A stretch of 63,899 nt of DNA, filler included, from Folioceros fuciformis (Eukaryota): NCBI GenBank assembly GCA_049999805.1. It is 5 parts of 5 records of this genome, joined end to end, with 100 filler letters (N's around TTAATTAATTAA, not from the genome) between each part and the next. Parts side by side here need not be neighbours in the genome. Positions count along the whole stretch, not along the records: positions 20,786 to 52,039 come from JBNGIO010006333.1; positions 52,140 to 57,341 come from JBNGIO010006351.1; positions 57,442 to 61,712 come from JBNGIO010006353.1; positions 61,813 to 63,899 come from JBNGIO010006363.1; 1 more part is not named here. One strand, given 5' to 3'. Position 1 is the stretch's first letter. Each line of letters starts with the position of its first letter. The notes below the pieces were generated by a model, which saw only the letters and a program-made list of their open reading frames with translations, was not told where the DNA came from and ran no database searches. Positions 51,216-63,899 of this stretch are shown here, piece after piece. Position numbers and translations under genes: made by a program.

Positions 51216-52139
51216 CCCCCAGCTCAATCAATCGTCCTCGGAGGTCAAAAGTGGTGCAGTCTGACGCTCTCTCGCCTACCACATGTGACTGAAGAGCCTG
51301 TACGATCCGATCAGCGTCTGGGCCGTGACTGCACCCTGCTCGCCCGGTCGAATCCCCCACGCCATAACTGCGAGGGCCCACGGTCCTCGTTCCAGAAGCC
51401 CGTTAGAAAACGGGGCGATTAAGTGTGTGCTTGGCTTACGTACACCAAACATTCGCCGACTGCCATGGCCAGAGGAGCAGCATGCTCTCTCCTCGTGGTG
51501 GAGAGGAGAGAAGATGTCGTGCGTCCACATCCTCTCTCAATGCGAAACCCGTCACCGGCCCAAGTCCCTGGCGCCAGGCTGACACAAATATCATCAGATA
51601 TGTGTTGTACCCCAAACACACATACAACATCCACCCTGATGGGCAAGCGAAAGATCCCCGAAATGTGGCCCATGAGGCGGGCAAGTCAATGCAGGTGGGC
51701 CAGTTTGGAACTTTCTTGATGTTACTGGGCACAAAGAGCAGCCCGACGTGTCCCGGTGCCACCGTGTCGTGTCCAGGCAGGGGACACGAGTGTCATTAAG
51801 ATATTACTATATTCCCCCAAAATTGTAATGCGGCCAACCTCCCACCTCCAGCGCACACACATGCTTCGTTTGAATTCCCTTCCCTGCGTCTTTCCCGGTC
51901 GTTCGGCTGCAGATATGACGATGATACCCGGCGACCGGGAAACCGGGACCACCGGCTGTTGCTGATGCATTGGCAGCGCCTTTTTTTGGCACTGCCTCTC
52001 ATCGTCTCGCCTCGCCTGGCCTCGCCTCGCATTGCGTTGNNNNNNNNNNNNNNNNNNNNNNNNNNNNNNNNNNNNNNNNNNNNTTAATTAATTAANNNNN
52101 NNNNNNNNNNNNNNNNNNNNNNNNNNNNNNNNNNNNNNN

Positions 52140-53831
52140 AATGGTTACGTTCACCTGCAAGTCGTTTTCTGCAGGTTTCCCAAGAGTGATTCGTCATACC
52201 ACAGTGGCCACATGGTGGTCTTGGTCTGCCACCAGGTGCATTCTGCGGTCTAAAACCTCCTCGAGCTCCTCTGCCTCCTCTCGCGAAGCCTCCTCGAGCT
52301 CCTTGGCCACGGCCTCGACCAGGTTTGTTTAACGACAATGCCTGGTTATTGGAGTACAGTGCTCTGTCACTGGTCAAATTAGTGTTTGCAATCCTTTTTC
52401 GGGACTCTTCAGTCAACATGGCCGCAATCACCCTATTGACGGTGATGGGTCATACCTCCTGCAAACTATGAACTACACCTGTCCATGAGTCAGGTAGCGT
52501 AGTCAGCAGGATGACTGCTACAAGTTCTTCAGGCAAATCGAAACCAGCAGAGATGAATTTGGCTCTCCAGTTTCGAAATTCAAGGACATGTTTGTCCACT
52601 GTATCCGCCTCCGACATTTTGAGTCCTGCAAATTGTTTAAGAACATAGGTCTGCAGCATCAAATCCCTCGAGTCATAGACTTCATTTACTTGCTGCCAAT
52701 ATTGTGCAGCGGTCTGTGCACCTTGAAAAACCTCAATATGGGTGCTCTTCACACTCAGCTGGAGAAGAGTTCTCGCTGTTTGATCGGATTCTTCCCAAAC
52801 AGCAAGTGCATCAGGTGCTGCAGGCTTTGGGATGATTGCAGGAGGTGTGCCAAGGCCTCCCACATATCCCCAGAGCCTGCGAGACTTGAGGATCTCCACC
52901 ATGTGGTCCCTCTAGACGTGGAAGTTGGTTCCATCGAACTTATCTTCCTTGGCAATATTTGGTGCAAGGGTCTGCTGAAAAGGTACATTGGTAGCCATCT
53001 TGGGACTTTTAGTATATATGTAGTATGCTAATGTACTAAGGACGCGCTTGGCTGCAGGTGTGCTGGCTCTCTCGCAAATAGGACGCAAAGATACCCGTGC
53101 AGGATAGCATAGAGATCGACTTCAGTCGAGGGCAGGTATACATTGAAACTGCTTCGACCTGGAAGTCTCATCGCTCTCAGAGGAGGTCAGTAACATCGAA
53201 CTTACTAAAGTCGTACTCGTCCAGCGCCTCGTAGTCTTGGATGACATTGTGCGCCATCAGCAAAAGCATAAGCGAGACCCGAATCCACACTTGCTGCCAG
53301 CGCGTAGGCGCAAGCGATCGTTGATATGTTTCTTCCCTTTCGTCAATCCAATTTTGAAGCTCCTGAAGCCGCCTTGCTCTTCTCGCTAATCTTTCTTGCT
53401 TGCACTGTCCAGGCATGGTTGGCACACGGATAATTCCTTCATGAGCATTCTCGCAGGCAAGGTGCCTAAAGTCATTTGCTCGCAAAAGAATTCCCTACAC
53501 GCTGCTGTTACCCGTCCAGATTTCCAAGAAGCAAAGAGTTTAGAAAATGAGAACGATGCGACTTTTAAAGCTTCACGCGCGCTGTGTGCACAAAAAATGC
53601 ACACAGCCGATCCAGGTTGCTCGTGCACTGAGAGTTAACGCACGACATGGATCGTCGCCAGCTCTGATACCATGACATGTTCGCGTGAGCGTAGAGAAGT
53701 GATTAGATTAGATTGAGCGTCACAGGACATGTCTTGTGAACTTGACTAGGCGACGGTTATTAGTTGTAACCGTCACCTAATCCTCTAACCTTAACCTGAA
53801 CTAATAAAAGGTAATTAAATATGACCTGTCA
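52140..53831 (-). mobile_element. Ty1/copia element 5' part: 159-bp LTR, PBS, leader, degenerate gag; truncated by gap
   Basis: LTR at 53673-53831 bounded by TGACA...TGTCA. gag from ATG 52998 (KFDGTNF..*..LWGYV; LKMSEADTVDKH; LLTTLPDSW; zinc knuckle CGHCGMTNHSWETC) with two in-frame stops. Confidence 0.88.
53661..53672 (-). promoter_or_regulatory. Primer-binding site for initiator tRNA-Met
   Basis: Minus strand reads TGGTATCAGAGC immediately after the LTR end ...TGTCA. Confidence 0.92.
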
Positions 53832-56800
53832 GCAGCCAGGCCACTTGCCCAGAGGCCGCCTGCACTTGCTGGGTCGGTGCTTGGCCAAGTCCGGCCAATC
53901 AACCTCTGCTAGCCGATTGCCTGTCCAGATGCACATCCCCTGCAGCCACCCCTGCTAGCCGATCAGCCAGGCCGCCTTTTCACCACGATCCAGGCCAGCC
54001 TGCCCTGGCTGCCTGGATCCTGCCATCCCGCACTGCCGACCCCTGCTCGAGATCCTGTAGCCAAGCCAACGCCCGGCTTCTGAATTCAGCCCCGGCCTGC
54101 CATGCTTGGAGTGTCCTACTGGCCAGGATTTGGCCAAGCCTAGCTCAACCCGCTAGGCCTGCCGATCGATCCTGCCCGCCTCCTGGATCTAGCAGCCTTG
54201 CCTGGCTGCCTGCTCCTTAACGAGCTGCTCCTGGGCCAGCCACCGGCCAGGATTTCCCCCCGGCTTGGACTTCCCCCAGCTGGCCGCTTGCCTCCGGCTA
54301 GGGGGCCACCTGAGCCCGCTGGCCAGCCGCTTCAGCCACTACTGCCAGCCGCCTGGCCAGCCTGCTGGATTTGCCTACCAGCCAGGAAGCCTTCCCTGGA
54401 TCCAGCCACCTGCAGCCGCTGCAGCCCCTGTCTTGCCCAGCCTCAACCAACCGACCGGCCCTGCTAGCCCGATAGCCGGGCTGCTCTTGGCTCGGCCATC
54501 CTCCAAGCCGCCTGTCGGCCGGCCTGGCCTCCCGGATCTGGCCAGCTAGCCCGCAAGGCTGCCTGCTGTCTGCTTGCAGCTGGGGTGGGCTGGGCTGCTG
54601 GCTAGACTCCATCCGCCACCTCCATTCAGCAGACCCCCCCTGCTAGACCTCAACCGCCAGGGCGGCCTGTGCAGCCTGCCATACCACCCGCCAGGCCGTC
54701 TGCCCTCCTAGACCTGGCCAGGCAGCCCGCCTGCTGGGCTGCCTACTACTGGGCCGGGCTGGGCTGCTGGCTAGGCTCCTCAGTAGCCAACCAGCCAACC
54801 AACCGGCCCTTGGCCTTCTCATGGCTCCAGCCTTGCTTAGATCCACCCCAACCAGTCCGCTGGATCCTGCCGGGCCTTAGCCCGAATCTAGCTCCTAGCC
54901 TGCGCCGACACGGCCTGCTTCAGTCCCGCCCTAGCCTGCCATGCCCCGGCGCGCCCTGCCTGTCTGCCCTCAGCAGCCAGGCCACTGCTGGCCCGGCCAC
55001 CCGCCAGACCGCCTGCAAGCCGATCTGGCCCCGCTGCCTCGGCTTGGCTACCTGCCTGGGTTTTCCTACTAGCCAGCCGGCAAGGCCAGCCTACCTAGCC
55101 CGCATGGCTTGGATTCTCCCCTGGCCAGGCTCCCCTTGGCCAGCCGGCCGCCACCAGACGACTGCCTGGCTGCTTCTCAGCAGCCGGCCGCTGCTGGACA
55201 GGCCCTGCCTGGCTGCCGTCCGACCAGCCTGGCCACCGCCTGCCTCCAGCCGCAACCAGCCCTCTGCCAGGCCACCTGCCAAGCCGGCCAGGCCTGGTGC
55301 CACCTCTGGCTTGCCTGCACCGCTGGCCCGCCTGCTGCTGCCTGAGATCTGGCCAGGCCGTTGCCTAGATTTGCCTCAGCCCGTCCACCAGTCAGCCAGG
55401 TCGCCTCCCGAACCCACCTAGCCCGTCGGCCTGTTGGATCCAACCCTGCCCTGCAGCCCCATCTGCTGGGTTGGATGCTGCCTGCACTGCTGAGCCGCCT
55501 GCCTTCCACAGCGGCCGTGCCAGCCGCCGCAGCCCCCTCGTGGCCGATTCGCCCAGGCCGCCCACCTGCCTGGCCTGCGCCGGGCTGGACTAGCCGCAAC
55601 CAACCTGCAAGCCGCTTGCAACCTGGCCAATTGATCAGCCGGCCCGCCTACCTGGCTCTCAAATTAGCCAGCCAACCTGGATCAACCGCCTGGACCCAAC
55701 CTCCAACTACACCTAGCCACAATCGCGAGAGCAGTACCTTGCTCCCTGGCTGGTCTGCCTGGCCGCCGTCTAGCTCTGGCCTGCCTAGTTTAGTTTTGCC
55801 TCTACCGATCCGGTCCGGCTGCTAACAAGCCTGGTTCGCCTGGCCCTGATCCGGGCTACTTGCCATCCTGTCGGGCTAGCTGGCCTGAACCCTCTCCAAT
55901 CCAGCTTGCGCGGCCCACGCCTGGTGTCCCCACAGCCTAGTCTCCTCCTTCTCCTCGCCACAATTGCTTGCCATTCCTTCCGAACTGCTGCACTACTCTA
56001 CCTTCCGGCTAGCCATCCTTGTGCACTACCTGCACGTTCCATGGAACCCCACTCACAGATCTAGGGTTCTACAAAGATCTGGACACCCTATCTCCAGGAC
56101 TCGTCACCCTTCAACCACAAGCACCACCCGGGCCTTAACCGTCCTACTTAGCTCAATTCCCTATCAACTCTGCCCAAGTATTCAACCACAATTAAAAAAA
56201 AACAAATACTGTCATTTTTCTAGGGGTCTATCTACTATGTGAACTCCACATCACCTTAGCCAGCATGCAAAGAGGTCAGCCATTGCGGATTCGGCCACAC
56301 GGATCTCGGTAGTCTAGGGATCCACCTCGTCCCCCTAATGGCAAGGGGGATCAAGCCCTTTGTTAGTCTCACACTGGATCAGCCACTCTAATCCGGTAGC
56401 TTGCACACAAGGCCAAGGGGAATCACACCGTAAGACTACCCCCTCCTCAATGGCAAGTCTGGCCTCTTATACTACCTTGGCCCAAACCTCCATCTCTGTC
56501 TACTAGGGTTAGCCTCATTCAACCGCCCAAAACCCTAAACCCTAATCTTTCTCTAACCTAAGCCACCCCTAACTTTGACCTAAACCTAACTCTGACCTAA
56601 ATCTAGCTTTGACCTAATCCTAACCCTAACTCTGACCTAACCTTAATCCGACCTAATCCTAACCCCGACCTTAGCCGAACCTAACTCTAACCTAATCCTA
56701 ACCCTAATTGCCCGCTACCCCTTGGACACTGTTGGTTGCCCCTACCAATAATCATTAGTGCCTCTCAAAACTCTCCTCTCCTCTATCAGGCTTTCCGCAT

Positions 56801-57341
56801 GGATGGGGCAGTTTGCAGGTCCCTCAACCTGTCTCATCTTTGTCTGCACGCATTCTCATAGAGGGTTGCACCACCGACCATTGTCCAGGCCACCGTGGCC
56901 TTCCTGCCCAGAGCCAAACTCAAGCTGCTTTCCATCCACCTTGTTTCTGAATCTCCAACTTCCAACCCCACCTCCTTGATCCAATCTTTAGGGGGCTGGT
57001 GCCCGGCGGCTGAGGTTGGCCCCTTTGCACATTAGCCAGCCGCCATCTGCGCGACCACCTTGCCGACTAGTTCTCCTAGCTGCCAGCTCCCGCCGCCCAC
57101 TTGGATCCAAGCCGGATCCAACCCCTGTAGCCTGGCTACTTCTGCCATGATTTAGCCAGCCCGTCGACTAGCCACAATCCAACCACCCGCCTTGCTGCCT
57201 GGATCCACCATCTGGTAGCAAATGAGGGTCACTCTCTCCACTGACTTTCCCTGTCTTCGCTTCCAGTCTCGGCGGAAATGTTTCAGTGAGAACATCTTAT
57301 TCAGCGATGGAGACTGCCCACTTTGATCTTTGCTGCTGCAA
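53832..57341. repeat. C-rich, strand-skewed low-complexity tract of unknown origin
   Basis: Dense CCAGCC/GCCTG/GGCC/CTAG/GATCC motifs, strongest at 53832-55930; no credible ORF. Confidence 0.7.
56530..56707. repeat. Degenerate telomere-like array (CCCTAAA/CCCTAA/CCTAAT/GACCTAA variants)
   Basis: AAACCCTAAACCCTAA followed by many 5-7-bp CCTAA-core units. Confidence 0.75.
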
Positions 57342-57584
57342 NNNNNNNNNNNNNNNNNNNNNNNNNNNNNNNNNNNNNNNNNNNNTTAATTAATTAANNN
57401 NNNNNNNNNNNNNNNNNNNNNNNNNNNNNNNNNNNNNNNNNGATTGCTTGTGTCGTTACAAAACGAGCATTTGAATAAGACTAACGCTTCTAAACATTGC
57501 ATACCTGAAGTAGGCACAATGAGCAATGAGAGGAGACCTGCCGAACCTGAATTTGTGCCGGCAGTTTCCCAAGCACTTCCTTGA

Positions 57585-60500
57585 ATGCAGTTTCATGGAA
57601 GTGATGCTGTCTCAGAATTAATTGACCAGTCACTCGAAGAAGATTCTCTGAGCGGGATAGCATCTTTGTTCGGCATGGGTGACGAAGCCAACAACTTTGA
57701 TGCAGATCGTCGCCCTGAAGATCGACCTGATCGAAGAGACAGCAACATAAGTGTTTCAGTGAAACTGATAAAAAATATGCAGCCTGTTCGTTTCGAGTTC
57801 AAGGAGAAAGACAGGCTTACAAGTGGTGCTAATTATGATGTCTGGAAGTTGAGAATGAAGGGAATTCTGATGGAGCTTTCTCTGTGGGGGCATGTTTCTG
57901 GCGATGTCCCACACCCGTTTGATGACCCTATGCAGCTTCCAGGACAGCGGTCAGAGGACCAAGAAATGTGGGATCTCCTGGACATCCGGGCACAAAGTGC
58001 AATCAGGCTCGGCTTGGTTGAGGAGATGGTCACTGCCACATCAGCTGCAACAACATCCAAAGAGATGTGGGATCACCTGAGTATGGTGTATCATGGCAAA
58101 GATATGATGACAAAGATGTCAGCCAGCACTAAGTACTACAGTTTGAAAATGCGTGAAGGAGAACCTCTGGACCAATTTATTGGGAAGTTCCGAGTTGCGC
58201 GTCTCAAGTTGAAGCAGTCTGGCACTCGAGTGAAGGAGTCAGAGGCGTGTATGAGGCTCCTTTCAGCTCTTCCTGCAAGTTACATCAATTTTGTCACCAG
58301 CCAAAATGCAGTATTACGTCTGGCACAACAACTTGCACTGGTTTCAAATCTGAACGAGGATGAAATTCCAACTCTGAATGTGAATGAACTCATAGGAGCT
58401 CTAATGATGGAAGAGGTTAGCAGGCAGACCTTATCTGCTGCTAAGCCACCTAGGGGGCAGGCATTGTTTGCAGCCCGGCCTAAGGGGCCACGAAAAGCAC
58501 CTGGAAAGCCTTTCAAGTCTAAGGGTTTCGGGTCAGCTCCATCAGGTGAGGCATCAACAAGCAAGAAGAGACAAGGCAACTGCAACTGGTGCGGATTGCC
58601 TAATCACTGGGAGAGAGATTGCAGAAAGAAGAAGAATGGCGAACCCAGACGGGTACCTGCTCCTGAGGCCAATACTGTGGCCAAGAAGGAGAAGTCGACG
58701 CCGTCTGTGCTGATGGTTCGAGCATCCCCCTTCTCTGAGGCCTCTCCCCCTCCAAAACAGTCAAGGCCTCAGTCAGCACATGTCAAAAATTCACCTACTA
58801 TCCTAACAGTCTGTCTGTCCGCAACAGAGTCTCACACACCAAGTTGGTTTATAGATTCAGGGGCAACTGCCCACATTTGTCATGACAGGTTTGCTTTCTC
58901 TCAATACATTCTCCACTCTGAGTCACAAAATGTCCTGCTAGGGGACGACAGTGAGCTGCAGATTAGAGGTGTGGGTAGTGTCACCTTGAGGTTGGAAAAT
59001 GGCAGCACCTTGGTCCTGAACAGTGTACTTCACGTTCTTGCAATCACAAAAAACCTGGTGTCAGTGTGTCAACTTGTGCGCAGCAGAGAGATAGAGGTGT
59101 CCTTCAAGAGGTCTATGTGCGAGATCAAGCAGTCTGGCAAGCCCATTGCTACAGGTCACTTATCTAATGATCTGTTTCTCTTGAATGTCTCCAGTCTTCC
59201 CGTACCATCAGCACAGCTGGCAGGGGTCAGCCCCAGTGTCTCTGACTCAGATGTCACCAGAATCTGGCACATGCGCTTGGGACATCCAAACCCACGCAAG
59301 TTGAAAGACATGAGTACAAAGGACATCTACACAGATGGAGTACCGACAAAACTCACGTCTTTACCTTTTTGCGAAGCATGTGTATTTGGGAAGCATCACA
59401 AAACAGCCTTTCCAAAGGGAGGAGGCACTCGCGCAGCTGAAGCCTTGCAGCTGGTGCATGCAGATCTGTGCGGGCCAGTCTCTACACCCTCGTTTGGAGG
59501 AGGGATTTATTTCTTGACTTTCATTGATGACTACAGCCGCTTTGGTCATGTATATGTTCTCAAACACAAAAGTGATGCATTTGCATGCTTTAAACAGTAC
59601 AAGACCATGGTGGAGAGACAGACCTGTAAGAAACTGCTTTGCCTGCGTACGGATAATGGAGGAGAATTCGACTCTGAAGCATTTAACTCATACTGCAGTG
59701 ATCTGGGCATCTTGAGGCAGTATACAGTGCCGTACAGTTCATCTCAGAATGGAGTGGCTGAACGCAGAAATCGGTCTGCACAAGACATTGCCAGAACATT
59801 ACTTAAGCAGGCACATTTGCCCTTAGCATACTGGGGAGAAGCGATTTACACAGCAAATTATCTTTATAATCGCTTACCTTGCAAAGCTCTTCAAGGAAAA
59901 ACCCCGTATGAAGCATGGTGCGGGAGGAAACCGTCTGTGCAACATCTTCGCACTTTTGGCTCACCAGCCTACGCACATATTCCAAAGGAGAAGTTAGCTC
60001 ACTCAAAACTGTCAGACCGTGCCAAGAAGTTGATTTTTATTGGATACACTGATGGCATTAAGGCATACAAGCTCTTCGATCCTCAAAGTCGAAGTGCACA
60101 ATATGCTAGGAGCGTAGTCTTCGACGAAGTCAGCCTGCTTTCACCCATGCATGACTCGTCAGCACCAGACCAGGCAGAGGAGGAATACCTGGAGTTCTCT
60201 GAGGCCCCTGGACATTTCAATGCTGACGTGAGGGGCCAGCTGTCTCAATTTGATCAATCCAATAGTAGCATATCCATGGATGTCGAAGATGACTCGGCCA
60301 CCATTGATGTCTCAGACGATCTCCTAGCTGACCTGGATGCACGAGCAGATATGAATGTGCAAGAAGTGCAACCTGAGCCTGTAGTGGAGCAAGCTGCCTC
60401 CACATCCCGGTATCCATCTCGGAACCGGTCAGCACCTGTCCAGTTTGACCCCAGTTACTGGACCAGGCACAGTCACACTGACTGGTCTACAGGCAAAACG

Positions 60501-61712
60501 GTGGAATCCATGCCAGCTACAGTGGGGGAGTCTGACCATGAAGAAGGCGGGAATAATGACACACTTGGTGACGTGTCGCTGCTGGCCACATTACAATCTG
60601 GTGTCCCGGATTTCTCAGTCCGCAAAGAAGTTGAGCACGCCCTGGCAGTTGCACTAGTGGATCCTCGGGACCCGTTAACAATGAAGGAGGCCTATTCTGG
60701 TCCTGACTCAAGCAAGTGGAAACAAGCAGTGAAGGAAGAGTACGACTCCCTCATCAAAAATCGGACATGGTCCTTGCAGCCTCTGCCATCAAACAGGAGA
60801 GCAATTTCCTGTAAGTGGGTGTTTAAAACAAAATATAAGGCAGACGGCTCAATTGAAAGATACAAAGCACGCCTCGTGGTTCGGGGATTTTCACAAAAAC
60901 CTGGCGAAGACTACTTTGAAACTTTTGCCCCTGTGATCAAGTTCCCAACCTTACGTATGGTACTTGCAGTCGCTGCACACTGTGACCTTGACTTGCAGCA
61001 GATGGACGTCCGCACCGCATTCCTCAATGGCCAGCTGGAGGAAGAAATCTACATGTCTCAACCGGAAGGCTACATCCAGAAAGGTAAGGAGAATTTAGTG
61101 TGCAAACTTCACAAAACATTGTATGGGCTGAAGCAAAGCCCTAGAGCCTGGCACACACGTCTGGATGGATTTCTAGTCAACAAATGCGGTTTTCAAACAT
61201 CAGCTGCGGACACAAACCTGTATATACTCAGGAAAGGAGGAGCATATCTGATGCTCCTGGTGTATGTCGACGACCTGGTCATGGCGGGGACACCTGGTCC
61301 AGGGAGCTTGATAGGCATGGTCAAAAATCTGCTGAAGGCTGAGTTCGACATGACAGACATTGGGGAACTTACCTGGTGCCTTGGAGTCGAGATAAAACGT
61401 GACAGGAAGAATAGGGTTCTCACCCTGTCACAGCGCAAGTATATCCTCGACAGCCTAGCAAAGTTCAACCTGGCAGAAGCACATGCAGCTGCAACACCTT
61501 TGACTACTGGCATCAAGCTCACGAGGGACCAGGCTGCCAGCACAGCAGAGGAGGTCAGTGACATGGCCAAAGTGCCGTACAAACAAGCAGTAGGAACTTT
61601 GATTTTTCTTACCTGTCTGACGCGAATGGATATAGCTTTCCCTGTTCGTCTTGTCTCCCAATTTCTGGCACATTTCGGGAGCGTGCACTGGACCCAGGTA
61701 AAGAGAATTTTC
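57585..61712 (+). mobile_element. Ty1/copia gag-pol, uninterrupted ORF (>1370 aa), cut by a gap before RNase H
   Basis: gag (NYDVWKLRM..LWGHV), CNWCGLPNHWERDC knuckle, protease WFIDSGAT, integrase WHMRLGH..CEAC/IDDYSR/RTDNGGEF/QNGVAER, RT KARLVVRGFSQ..LYGLKQSPRAW..YVDD. The order PR-IN-RT is diagnostic of copia. Confidence 0.97.
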
Positions 61713-61812
61713 NNNNNNNNNNNNNNNNNNNNNNNNNNNNNNNNNNNNNNNNNNNNTTAATTAATTAANNNNNNNNNNNNNNNNNNNNNNNNNNNNNNNN
61801 NNNNNNNNNNNN

Positions 61813-63899
61813 GTTGTCGAGAAACAGGGTCAATAAGTTTATATGCTTTGACTGTCTCGCTGTAGCCCACGAAGATGAGACGTTTGGAGCGGTTGTCTAA
61901 CTTACGCCTCTTGTCTGCAGGAATATAGGCAAAGGCCTTAGAGCCAAAAATTCGGAGATGGAGAAGGCTCGGTTTACGATGCCAAAGCAGCTCAAAAGGT
62001 GTCTTGGAGACTAAAGAGCTGGTTGGTAAGCGGTTTTAAATATAGGTAGAGGTAACCACAGCCTCTGCCCAATAAGGTGAGGAGAGACCAGACCAAAGCA
62101 GCATTGCTCGTGTCATGCCCATTAGTGTTTGGTTTTTACGTTCAGCAACACCATTTTGTTGCTGTGTGCAAGGAACAATAAACTGGTGTGCAATTCCCTG
62201 TTCTGTGAAGAGGTCTTCAAAAGACTGATTTACAAACTCTGTCCCGTTATCAGATCTGAAGATCTTAAGGAGACAGCCTGTTTGGCGCTGCACTGTGGTC
62301 AACCAGTCTTGAAATAAGGGGAAAGTGTCGTTCTTTCTTTTCATAGGGAAAGTCCAGGTGTACCTTGTGTAGTCGTCTGTGATGGTGAAGTAATAATCTG
62401 CCCCTCCAAGTGAGGAAACCTGGAGGCAACCAGAAATATCAGCATGTACCAGTTCCAGGGGTGTGGTTGCTCTGTGAGCTGGTCCAGTAGGAAATGGCTG
62501 TTCCTTCTTCTTAGCCAGGGCACAAGTCTCACAAAGAGGGAGCTCTTTCAAACATGTTGGAATGGGCTCTCTGTAGTAGTCACTCTTACTAAGGGAGGAC
62601 AGAACCTTGCGATTTAGATGACCAAGCCTAGCATGCCATAGAATAGACTGCTGCTTAGCCGAAAGGGTTCCTACACTTGTAGAGTTGACTTCTTGTTTGC
62701 TTCCTGGAAGACAGGTGAAGTCCAGACGATACAAGTCATTCTCAGGCAGAGCCCTAAAGACACATATGGAAGGGGAGTCTATCCGAGAGAAACAGCAGTA
62801 ATGCTCGTGAGCTGTTAGCTGGAAAATCTTGAGCTGAAAAAGTTTGCTGAGAGACAGCAAATTCTTGGCCATGCTTGGAACATACAGGACGTCTGGAAGA
62901 GCAAGCGTAGACCCATCACTTAGCCTAAATGTGCAGGACCCCTGTCCTAGAATTCATAGGCTAGTGCTATTCCGTTCATCTCCCAAGTAGACTCTGTCTA
63001 CACTAGAGGAGGGGGTCAATGTCGTGAAGAGGGATTCCTCACGACATATATGGGCAGTAGCCCCAGAGTCCAAATACCAGGCTGCCTTGTCACCTGTGAG
63101 AGTGGACAGGCATATGGTTAGAATTTTAACCACCGGTTTGTTGGAATCTGCAGGTCTATCTTGAACAACAGAACTAGCAGAAGGACGAGGAGTCTTGCGA
63201 GGCTCCCCGGCCTTCTTCTTCCTGCATTCATTGGCCCAATGACCAGGTTTGCCACACCAATTGCAGCTTCCAGGACGTTTTGTTGAAGGACCTGCGTGAT
63301 TGCGTTGCCCTTCGTTTCTATTTCCCTGTTGTGAATTCTGTATCTTTGTTTTATCCTTATGTGCCCCTCTGCCACGGAATGCAGTAAGCACTTTGTCAGC
63401 TTTGGCTTTCCTAGTCCCTGACATGAGCCTGCTCTGCTCTTCCTGGAAGAGGGCACCTATAACCTCGTCTAAGGTAATAGTAATTTGTCTCCCAGCAGCA
63501 CCGGCAGCTATAGCCTGTCGGATGGGGACATTGTGGGCAAATACAAAAGTCTGGTAACTTGGTGGCAGGCTGGTGAGCAACTGAGCAATCACGTCCACCT
63601 CATCCATCACTGTACCAAGGGAAGTAAGTTGTGCTCGAAGATGTCTAAGTTTGCTGGTGTGAGCAAGAACTTTGTCACCCTCTCGCATCTTAAGTCCATA
63701 GAATTCTGTGCATAATGCACATAGTGTAAGGACATTACTGACTTTGTACTGGCTCTCTAACTGGGACCAAATTTCACTAGCCTTGGTTAGAAATTCTATA
63801 GGAGGAATGAGATCCTCTATCAGGCCAGAAACAAGAAGGGCTATACCTATGGTGTTTGCATGAGCCCACTTATCCTTATCTGCTTGAATGGCAGTTGCA
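61813..63899 (-). mobile_element. Ty1/copia gag-protease-integrase, degenerate, runs off the window
   Basis: A single frame from the window edge: LKMREGDKV, CNWCGKPGHWANEC, WYLDSGATAHIC, WHARLGH..CETC, TDDYTR, RSDNGTEF, QNGVAERKN. In-frame stops at 62954 and 62036. Confidence 0.95.

Noticed and set aside
54198-55825. Pro/Ala/Arg/Trp-rich ORFs in the C-rich tract
   Set aside because: Low-complexity by-products present in several frames, with no domain signal.

Overview
Eukaryotic land-plant nuclear DNA. It is gene-dense, with short GT-AG introns of mostly about 70-120 bp. Non-seed plant origin (e.g. hornwort or lycophyte) is my inference from gene architecture only. The window is a draft scaffold with five 100-bp gaps, four of which carry an artificial TTAATTAATTAA spacer. 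Host genes: a PII-2/RLP29-like LRR receptor-like protein, a thylakoid/envelope ADP-ATP carrier, two tandem single-DUF26 (ginkbilobin-2-like) secreted proteins, an At5g64816-like Cys-rich protein, an At1g08530/At5g09995-like protein, a TMEM87/GPR107-type 7TM protein, an AhpC/TSA-type redoxin, a pseudouridine kinase, a GH29 fucosidase pseudogene, a glyoxal/aldehyde oxidase, and a Din11-like 2OG-Fe(II) oxygenase. Mobile DNA: probable LINE remnants, a TIR-bounded Mutator-like element, a ~6.7-kb Penelope-like retroelement with long direct repeats, and three Ty1/copia elements. The most unusual items are largely invisible in the ORF track. (1) The MULE carries a second, convergent gene resembling the RPA70 C-terminal OB/zinc-ribbon domain. 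(2) The Penelope-like element has a Naiad/Chlamys-type RT, a long uncharacterised N-terminal region, no recognisable GIY-YIG endonuclease and a 27-bp minisatellite. (3) The DUF26 pair has a modified cysteine motif. (4) A 3.5-kb strand-skewed C-rich tract contains a degenerate telomere-like array. All assignments come from manual translation and recalled family motifs; no searches were run.
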